8,187 bases of DNA from Trichoplax adhaerens (taxonomy: Eukaryota > Animalia > Placozoa): positions 4,488 to 12,674 of the forward strand of contig NW_002061050.1 in NCBI RefSeq assembly GCF_000150275.1. Reading direction: 5' to 3'. Position 1 is the first letter of the stretch. The number at the start of each line of letters is the position of its first letter. A program made the translations under genes and the position numbers. This document shows positions 1-7,057 of this stretch, in pieces. The notes under the pieces were generated by a model. The model saw nothing but the letters and a program-made list of their open reading frames with translations. It searched no databases and was not told the DNA's origin.

Positions 1-38
1 CATTGCTATTTCGATCGATGCGATTGTATAAATCTTAC

Positions 39-98
39 GTCTTGATCGTGACTGATAAATTGATCCCATGAAATACAATGAGTTCGTGGTAGTGGTAT
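39..98 (-). CDS. MRNIP: MRNIP-like coding exon 5
   Basis: cctttag acceptor; IPLPRTHCISWDQFISHDQD; donor GTAAGA at 38; phase 0-0. Confidence 0.7.
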
Positions 99-1528
99 CT
101 AAAGGTGTATTTAGTACGATTAATAATAGCTAGTGTAGTATTAAATGGTTCAATCTCGTTATACATGAGTTTACAAAATTCAGTCTACGTACATCATCAG
201 CATTGGAAGCTGACTGAAATTCCTGTATAGTACGATAATCGCATTCAGAATACTCTTCCGGAGATTCCTGTATACTGCGACAATCATTTTCAGTATGCTG
301 TTCCGACAGTTTTCTAATTAATGTGTGACACCAACATGAGCTCTAATGAGCTAAGGCTCTAATTATGTATTTAAAATAGTAAATAAATAAAAAAAACTGA
401 CGAGAGTATAGCAGCTTCTCTTTCACCCCTCATCATATTTAATTTTTGGACGTGATTTCTGCAGTCAGCAGCGCTACCATTACCATAAATCTGCAATAAA
501 GAGCAAAGTAAAAACACAACTATAGTTATATGCATGTATAATCATGTTGGTGTTTATAATACTGAATGCAATGCCATTTAATTTTGAAGTAATTAAGTAT
601 TTTTATTATGGTCTTTCTAGTAATTACGGTATTTCCCTTTTCATCATAATATAGCTAAAATTAAAAAATTTCATAATGGATATCAAGAATATGTAGTATT
701 TAATTGTAATTGTAAGGTGTTGCTTACTTCCGCAAAGCATCGAGCACCGTATTTTACTATTGGATATTGAGATAGGAAAAACGCGAGCCTACGTCAATTG
801 ATATACTGTGCTATCCTTAATTACGCAAGGAAATCGATTTTGGAGGTAGACACTGTCAACTTGACAGTATGTATAAAAATATTATGGCTTATGACTCATC
901 AGTAGTTAAGATAGAGGGTCGTGAAATGCTACAGGATATTTTTAAATATTCAACATTTATTTGGCAATCTCGTCTGGTAATGTACAGTATAACTGTGTTG
1001 GATGTTGCTAACAAGTGTCCTTTTCGATTGATATCTTTGACAACATTATCTAGAACTGGTATTACCTTATAAAGTCATGAAGAACTATTTTCAACACCCC
1101 ATTTGCATTAACGAGTCTGACTACAGTACGTTTATGACGATAACAGTGACAATTTGGATTGAAGTACTTCAGTTAAATTGGTTACCTTTACAAATGATTG
1201 CTTCCATCCGCAAACCTTACAGCTCCATTTTTTAGCTTTTACTTCCTATAGAAATAGAAGGATTTCATATCCATTAAAGTTGTAGTATAGCATGATCTTG
1301 GTTATAAGGCGTGCATGATTAGACATAGATTTAGATATTTTTAGCTGAATGAAATACGCTCTCCTATTGACTTTCTTGCAGTCTTGTACTGTACTCTGTC
1401 TATACGAGTACAGTACCTGAGCTTGAGATGGCTAGACTGCTAGACACTGATTTGAAAAAGCACCTTACTTGTTGAACTTGAAATGTATGACAGCTAAAGC
1501 AGCGAAGGACAAGAAATGTTCGACCCAT
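39..1528 (-). CDS. MRNIP: MRN complex-interacting protein (C5orf45/UPF0544) homologue, 5' part; continues beyond the left edge of the window
   Basis: Minus-strand exons 1528-1469, 1245-1186, 490-402, 313-193 and 98-39 are joined by phase-compatible GT-AG introns. They give MGRTFLVLRCFSCHTFQVQQ|EVKAKKWSCKVCGWKQSFVK|IYGNGSAADCRNHVQKLNMMRGEREAAILS|KLSEQHTENDCRSIQESPEEYSECDYRTIQEFQSASNADD|IPLPRTHCISWDQFISHDQD. The first ~65 aa match the MRNIP N-terminal domain as I recall it (VLRCxxCxxFQ..KWxCKxCGxKQS..YGxGSxxDCRxHVQKLN). The gene is absent from the ORF track because the exons are short. Confidence 0.92.
193..313 (-). CDS. MRNIP: MRNIP-like coding exon 4 (acidic linker with a 15-aa repeat)
   Basis: aattag acceptor in matching phase 2; open frame; donor GTACGT at 192. 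Supported by splice logic, not by recognised homology. Confidence 0.75.
216..305. repeat. Degenerate 45-bp tandem duplication in MRNIP exon 4
   Basis: 216-260 and 261-305 are identical at 35 of 45 positions, with no indels. Confidence 0.85.
402..490 (-). CDS. MRNIP: MRNIP-like coding exon 3
   Basis: tttattgcag acceptor; IYGNGSAADCRNHVQKLNMMRGEREAAIL(S); donor GTCAGT at 401, phase 2. Confidence 0.92.
1186..1245 (-). CDS. MRNIP: MRNIP-like coding exon 2
   Basis: tttctatag acceptor; EVKAKKWSCKVCGWKQSFVK; donor GTAACC at 1185. Confidence 0.92.
1469..1528 (-). CDS. MRNIP: MRNIP-like coding exon 1
   Basis: ATG at 1528-1526; MGRTFLVLRCFSCHTFQVQQ; donor GTAAGG at 1468. Confidence 0.9.
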
Positions 1529-2138
1529 TCTTGACTGCAATTAGGCTAACCATCAAGTTAGAATTTGGTTGATGATGGCGATTTATTATTGCGATTTACT
1601 CGACGTCTTTCAACTGGTTTGACTTTGGGATTTTCGAGCGTGCTATGTGCTACAGTACAGTACTGTAGAAGTGTAGTGCAGTTACACTGTAAGGGCGAGA
1701 TTAACTTGGGTATCACGAAGGAAAATAAACTATGTAGGCTCAATCAAGCCCAAAGTAGATCAAATGTTATATGTAGACGTAGCCCAATAACTGAGGGATG
1801 TGAATTTAGCTTTTATTTCTATAAATTTGTTCTCATTTTCACGTAAAATCTGTCAATAGTCTAAAATTGCTGCAGTGGTAAATGAAAATTGCTTACAGTA
1901 CTGGACGCACAAATCCCGCCCATTCTCTACTGTAGTAGTGCACAGTACAGTAGTGTAATTACGGACAGACGTCCAATAGACAAATCTTCGTCCAGTAGTG
2001 TACATGTACTGGACTAATTAATTAATGAATTCATTCATTATAATTAATTATTATTATCAATCAATTTCACATACTGTACTGTACTTTAGTGGGGGGGTAA
2101 TGACGTCATTCTTATTACTGTCCAGTATGGCGTCACTA

Positions 2139-3152
2139 TTATTCAATAACAACTCTCAAGGGACACACAATACAATGTATGACATGTATACTGTACTGCC
2201 CATCAGCAACTTTGAATGACAATATCTCAACCATGCAAAGTTCTACAAAATGGCCATTTCTCCTTCTTTCTTGAAGAAATGGCGTTCTTCCATGAAATCG
2301 GTACCACTCGGTAGCTTTCGCCGAGCTGAATACGTACATAGCAAATTTGGTGCATTGTATTAGGTGCTGATGAATTCTGACTTCATTGAAAAGCTTTTGG
2401 TATGGGATTGACCCATCAGCAACTTTGAATGACAATATCTCAACCATGCAAAGTTCTACAAAATGGCCATTTCTCCTTCTTTCTTGAAGAAATGGCGTTC
2501 TTCCATGAAATCGGTACCACTCGGTAGCTTTCGCCGAGCTGAATACGTACATAGCAAATTTGGTGCATTGTATTAGGTGCTGATGAATTCTGACTTCATT
2601 GAAAAGCTTTTGGTATGGGATTGACCCATCGGCAACTTTGAATGACAATATCTCAACCATGCAAAGTTCTACAAATGCGTAGTTGTATCTGGGACATTCC
2701 CCAGGGTATAACGACTATACTAGTATGCACGAAATGTCCATCAGGGATATGATGTCGCCATACGAAAGATTCTACTGCTGTCGGCAATTGCCGTCATCCA
2801 GTATTAAATGGTCAATAATTGACCTCTGATCGTTAACAAAAATTAATTATTCTGGGCCAGAACTTTCTCTTGATAACCTCATCATCAACAGATTGGATTG
2901 ACTACTAAAAACAGGATACGGATCAATATAGGTGTCTATGTACTGTAAGAATACATGTTGGTCCAAATGAAAGGTGAAGTCGGAGGAGGTTAAGCAACAA
3001 GGCAACAAGGTCACCTTAGTAATACGATTTGTTTTTTCATTCATTGGCCTGATTCGCCCGTAAACAATCAAGGATATAATTAGGCTAAGAAAATTGCTTT
3101 GGGATAATATTGAACATTGTGAATTGAGATTCCCGGATTTCCGGGTGGGGCC
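2139..3152 (-). pseudogene. Possible decayed intronless coding sequence of unknown family (gene or mobile-element relic)
   Basis: The track ORFs 2847..3071 and 2139..2660 are in the same frame. That frame is open from 3152 with only three internal stops (2847-2849, 2772-2774, 2715-2717). No homology recognised with confidence. Confidence 0.35.
2199..2675. repeat. Tandem repeat, 213-bp unit, about 2.2 copies
   Basis: Units start at 2199, 2412 and 2625 (cccatcagcaactttgaatgac...). I see only one substitution among the copies (G at 2631); the third copy diverges after 2675. Confidence 0.97.
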
Positions 3153-3382
3153 TCAGGTTATGCATCAAGACAACAAGAAACATTTGTTCCTTAGCCTGAT
3201 CTTTACAATTTTTCTACTTTCTTTTATCGGTGTGGAGATCAGGACAATGAGTAAATGTTAACTGTTGTCTCGTCGTCTTGCAAATATACCCGATTCAAGC
3301 TAAATCAAACCGTAAACAAGTTGCACACAACGTATCGAGATTGCACCTTTTCAATCGACGCCAAATCAAACAGCCCCCCAAA

Positions 3383-3509
3383 ATGGCTAAAAATACTACA
3401 ACTGTCTTAGATTTACGCCAGGAAAGATCCAATCCACCATTTTCTATCAATGATATGACAGAATTTTATGATGGAGGGTCGGAAGCAACGAAAAAACGCA
3501 AATTGATAT
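3383..3509 (+). CDS. ACOX1: ACOX1-like first coding exon
   Basis: AAAATGG start. Translates [42 protein letters not shown], resembling the ACOX1 N-terminus (DLRRER..F....LT..LDG....TRRRREI). Donor GTAAGT at 3510, phase 1. Confidence 0.9.
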
Positions 3510-6500
3510 GTAAGTCAAGCCACGTTACTGTACTGTACTTCGTCAATTCATCATGCTTTCATACTTTGGACGGTAACGTTCTTTCACACCTCTTATCACA
3601 ATCAGAAAAGTTCTGCTAGNNNNNNNNNNNNNNNNNNNNNNNNNNNNNNNNNNNNNNNNNNNNNNNNNNNNNNNNNNNNNNNNNNNNNNNNNNNNNNNNN
3701 NNNNNNNNNNNNNNNNNNNNNNNNNNNNNNNNNNNNNNNNNNNNNNNNNNNNNNNNNNNNNNNNNNNNNNNNNNNNNNNNNNNNNNNNNNNNNNNNNNNN
3801 NNNNNNNNNNNNNNNNNNNNNNNNNNNNNNNNNNNNNNNNNNNNNNNNNNNNNNNNNNNNNNNNNNNNNNNNNNNNNNNNNNNNNNNNNNNNNNNNNNNN
3901 NNNNNNNNNNNNNNNNNNNNNNNNNNNNNNNNNNNNNNNNNNNNNNNNNNNNNNNNNNNNNNNNNNNNNNNNNNNNNNNNNNNNNNNNNNNNNNNNNNNN
4001 NNNNNNNACATCGCCCTTATTTATTTACTTGTTTCGTGATTAATTGAAGCAATTTATTCTTATTCTTAACGCTAAATGGATATTCGTATTTTACTTGTAT
4101 TGGAATTAGGTACCTTTATTCGAGGATTAGAAACAACCGCTACATATGACCCGAAAACTAGAGAATTTATCTTAAATACTCCTACTTTAACGGCTACAAA
4201 ATGGTGGCCTGGTGGATGTAAGTTATCAATACCATTATCTTATCCTTCTCCAATTTTAACGAAGAGAACGCAATCACTAAGTTAAATTTATATGACGCAA
4301 GTAACAATATTAGGTCTCTTATTTACGTATTCATGTTTTGTTTAGTGGCTAAAACTGCCACTCATGCTGCTGTGATGGCTCAATTGTGGACTCAGAATAA
4401 GTGTTATGGCCCACACTTATTCATTCTCCAGGTTCGTAGTCTAGAAGATCATACTCCTCTACCTGGAATTACCCTAGGAGACATTGGCGATAAATTTGGG
4501 TATAACAGCATTGATAATGGCTCTATGCAATTGAATAATGTAAGAATACCCCGCGATCAAATGTTGATGAGGCATTCGAAGGTAAGTAAAGATATACAGT
4601 AATCTGTATACGAATGTAACTCGACCCGTGTCATGATTTATGTAAATGTTTTTTACATATCGCTATAGGTTACACTTGACGGAACCTATATCCCTCCTAA
4701 AAATCCCAGACTAGCTTACGGAGCTATGACTTTATATAGATGTCAAATATTGATCATATGTTCTGGCTATTTAGCACGAGCATCTACGATTGCCGTTCGC
4801 TACAGTGCAATACGCCGTCAGACTGAAACAAAACCTGGGTGCCGTACTTATTTTCATACTCTTTTATGATATAGGATAGATACCATTAACGATATACTAA
4901 GATTATTATATAAATCTGTTTTAGTTACGAACCTAAAGTCTTAGATTATGTAACTCAACAAAACAAACTATTCCCTCATATCGCTGGCGCTTATGCTCTT
5001 GCATGCACTGGTCGTTACATGATAGATTTCGGTAAAAGAGCTACTGAACGGTTAAAACTGGAAGATCTAAGTGTCCTAGCCGAGGTTAGACAAATTTCTG
5101 ATTTCATAGGATATATAGAAATGTTAAATAATACCTACATAAATGAACAAAAGTAATAACGATTTTGTTTTTATACTAGTTCCATGGAATTAGTTCTGGT
5201 TTAAAGCNNNNNNNNNNNNNNNNNNNNNNNNNNNNNNNNNNNNNNNNNNNNNNNNNNNNNNNNNNNNNNNNNNNNNNNNNNNNNNNNNNNNNNNNNNNNN
5301 NNNNNNNNNNNNNNNNNNNNNNNNNNNNNNNNNNNNNNNNNNNNNNNNNNNNNNNNNNNNNNNNNNNNNNNNNNNNNNNNNNNNNNNNNNNNNNNNNNNN
5401 NNNNNNNNNNNNNTCTCGGCCTGCGGTATAGGTCATATTTATAATAATTGGTTAGCGTCTTGCACATACGAAGGCGAAAACACTGTTATGTACCTTCAGT
5501 CAGCTAGGTAAGTTTGTAAATTAAATAGACTAAGAAAGACATTTATAAAAGTAAGAGAATACATTAAATTAACAATTTTTTAGATATTTACTTCGTTGTG
5601 TCAAGAATCCAAAGTCTGCACCTTTAGGTGTATCAGCAGTCTTACATAATCCACCAGGTAAACACTGGGATGTTAAGAATATGCAAGATCTAGAGAAGAC
5701 GAATACAGTACTAGAAGCTTATAGAGCTAGAGCATATAAGTAAGTAATCGACACAAATACCATAACTAGCTCTATCATATCATTAACTCTGCAATCTTTG
5801 ACAGAAAAGTAGCTATTGCTGATAAATACCTTCGCGAATTACAATCTGGTGGCGATACTAGTTACGATGCTTGGAATAAATCCGGAATTAAATTAGTGGA
5901 TTGCGCAAAGGTACTTATAACTGTTTAAAATATTTTAGTTAATCTCGGCTTTGAGTTTTTTCTTCACTATTTTTAAATACTAAGTCTATACTATTTTCTG
6001 CTCGTTCTACAGGCATTTACTCACTATTTCGTAATAAAGACATTCTTTAATATGATTGAGAAATCGCGCTTGGGACAATCTTGTCATCTACAGTTACATA
6101 GACTATCTATTCTGCTAGCTTTACATGGCATAGATCAAAATACTGGCGATTTTATGCTCGTAAGTATTCTGAATAAATTTACTATTAACACAAACATAAT
6201 ATACATAATTATCGTTGGCGATAAAGATCGTATCATTGTACTTTATTAATCGTCGCAAGTTAAAACTAAGCGAGCACTAATTGAAATTATAACATGTATT
6301 TTATCAGGACAACTTCATCGATTTTGAACAAATCAAACTCATTCGAGTAAAAATATTAGAACTATTTAGTGAAATTCGACCGGTCGCAGTTTGTTTAGTT
6401 GACGCATTCGATATACCGGATCAGACGCTACTATCTGTTCTCGGTAGATATGATGGCGACGTTTATAACAAACTATTCGAATGGGCAAAAGAGGCGCCTT

Positions 6501-6707
6501 TGAATAAAACTCAAGTTCGTTATCTATTAGTAGTAGTCATAGATTGTGTGTTCGTTTATTTAGCTTAGGAAAAAACATGGAAGAAAAACTTTCATCGCTA
6601 TTAATTAAACAGTTATTATAATTGATTTGATTTAATTGTTATTTATATTGTAGGTACATTCATCATATGATAAATACCTTCGGAACCTGCTTACAAGCAA
6701 GTTATAA
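3383..6707 (+). CDS. ACOX1: Peroxisomal acyl-CoA oxidase 1-like, multi-exon, interrupted by two assembly gaps
   Basis: Visible coding segments are 3383-3509, 4110-4217, 4346-4581, 4669-4838, 4925-5084, 5180-5207(gap), (gap)5414-5507, 5584-5739, 5805-5910, 6013-6159, 6308-6514 and 6654-6707. All complete introns are GT-AG and phase-compatible. The translation contains ACOX motifs: [56 protein letters not shown] (catalytic Glu, codon 5470-5472), [23 protein letters not shown], and terminal SKL-stop. 1593 coding nt are visible; about 390 nt expected by homology lie in the gaps, giving about 660 aa. Confidence 0.95.
3620..4007. other. Assembly gap (388 N)
   Basis: Run of N; must hide about 107 ACOX codons missing between the first exon and the 4110 exon. 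Confidence 0.98.
4110..4217 (+). CDS. ACOX1: ACOX1-like exon
   Basis: ttag acceptor; (G)[35 protein letters not shown]; donor GTAAGT at 4218; 108 nt, phase 1-1. Confidence 0.93.
4346..4581 (+). CDS. ACOX1: ACOX1-like exon
   Basis: tttag acceptor; [14 protein letters not shown]...[22 protein letters not shown]...[13 protein letters not shown]; donor GTAAGT at 4582; 236 nt. Confidence 0.93.
4669..4838 (+). CDS. ACOX1: ACOX1-like exon
   Basis: ctatag acceptor; [24 protein letters not shown]...[20 protein letters not shown]; weak donor GTGCCG at 4839 required by phase; 170 nt. Confidence 0.9.
4925..5084 (+). CDS. ACOX1: ACOX1-like exon
   Basis: ttttag acceptor; [24 protein letters not shown]...EDLSVLAE; donor GTTAGA at 5085; 160 nt. 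Confidence 0.92.
5180..5507 (+). CDS. ACOX1: ACOX1-like catalytic exon(s), interrupted by an assembly gap
   Basis: actag acceptor, FHGISSGLK (5180-5207), gap, then [30 protein letters not shown](R) (5414-5507); donor GTAAGT at 5508. Confidence 0.88.
5208..5413. other. Assembly gap (206 N)
   Basis: Run of N within the catalytic region; hides the expected CGGHG motif segment. Confidence 0.98.
5584..5739 (+). CDS. ACOX1: ACOX1-like exon
   Basis: tttttag acceptor; [10 protein letters not shown]...[10 protein letters not shown](K); donor GTAAGT at 5740; 156 nt, phase 2-2. Confidence 0.9.
5805..5910 (+). CDS. ACOX1: ACOX1-like exon
   Basis: gacag acceptor; [35 protein letters not shown] (AWN motif); donor GTACTT at 5911; 106 nt. 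Confidence 0.9.
6013..6159 (+). CDS. ACOX1: ACOX1-like exon
   Basis: ttctacag acceptor; [11 protein letters not shown]...[15 protein letters not shown]; donor GTAAGT at 6160; 147 nt. Confidence 0.92.
6308..6514 (+). CDS. ACOX1: ACOX1-like exon
   Basis: ttatcag acceptor; [10 protein letters not shown]...[47 protein letters not shown]; donor GTTCGT at 6515; 207 nt. Confidence 0.93.
6654..6707 (+). CDS. ACOX1: ACOX1-like last coding exon with PTS1 (SKL)
   Basis: ttgtag acceptor; [17 protein letters not shown]-stop (AGC AAG TTA TAA, 6696-6707). Confidence 0.93.
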   Translation, partial: VHSSYDKYLRNLLTSKL

Positions 6708-7051
6708 AGAGTTTATGTCGCTGAATTATCTTCGGATAATATTTAAGATAGATCTCAAGTTATCTGTTATCTTTGGTCACTCAGCTAAAGGCTTGATCTT
6801 AGTGATCATACTCGTATGGATTACATCGTACAACAAAATATCATATCTCGATGTAACTCGATATCTTGATACAAATAGCACATTTACGTTTAAGTACTAG
6901 CGATACTGTTAGCCTTTTGCATTAACCTAATTGTGGTATTTCTATACAATTTGATGAGTTAATAGTTATAATCTATTGATTGAGCATGAAAGTATTTACG
7001 CTCTCGTTTACGTTTTTTATCCTGTCATTATCCACTTATAATAACAATCTT

Positions 7052-7057
7052 AATAAA
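7052..7057 (+). terminator. Candidate polyadenylation signal for ACOX1
   Basis: First AATAAA I see downstream of the stop codon (about 345 nt); could be chance in AT-rich DNA. Confidence 0.3.

Larger units (their letters stand above)
1529..3382. promoter_or_regulatory. Divergent (head-to-head) upstream region of MRNIP and ACOX1
   Basis: Lies between the two start codons. Contains a GC-box-like TCCCGCCC (1914-1921), the CRE palindrome AATGACGTCATT (2099-2110), and the ETS-like palindrome CCCGGATTTCCGGG (3132-3145) overlapping a CACCC/Sp box GGGTGGGG (3143-3150). These are motif matches only. Confidence 0.6.

Noticed and set aside
728-788. Possible cassette (poison) exon in the 695-nt MRNIP intron 2, donor GTAAGC at 727 on the minus strand
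   Set aside because: Poor polypyrimidine tract, a 61-nt frameshifting length, and exons 2 and 3 already join with full homology; not supportable without transcripts.
852-868. Palindrome ACTGTCAA-C-TTGACAGT in MRNIP intron 2
   Set aside because: An isolated 8-bp inverted pair, compatible with chance.
2134-2138. CACTA as a transposon terminus
   Set aside because: No matching TAGTG terminal inverted repeat found on the other side of the relic.
869-2219. Short track ORFs 869..1072, 1558..1743, 1565..1846 and 2025..2219 (also 6667..6900 and 6980..7171)
   Set aside because: No recognisable homology or splice support; they lie in intron, promoter or 3' UTR regions.
2139-2660. 173-aa minus-strand ORF as an intact gene; KLFNEVRIHQHL superficially resembles Polo-like kinase helix C
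   Set aside because: Its length is inflated by the 213-bp repeat, and no other kinase motifs (GxGxxG, VAIK, HRD, DFG) are present.
2199-2675. CRISPR-like array
   Set aside because: The units are contiguous and identical with no variable spacers; the context is eukaryotic, with no cas genes.
1539-3088. AATTAGGCTAA repeated at 1539 and 3078 as a target-site duplication
   Set aside because: An AT-rich 11-mer match is expected by chance over this span, and an insertion bounded by it would include the MRNIP 5' UTR/promoter.
3278-3382. N-terminal extension of ACOX1 from the TTG at 3278
   Set aside because: Non-ATG start in a eukaryote; homology begins just after ATG 3383, which has good context (AAAATGG).
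3616-4011. Track ORFs made of X (also 5176..5436 and 5201..5467)
   Set aside because: Artefacts of the N gaps.
5201-5207. Possible frameshift at TTA AAG C (ACOX usually has LKA)
   Set aside because: These are the last bases before a gap, so quality is low and the frame cannot be tested; not evidence of a pseudogene.
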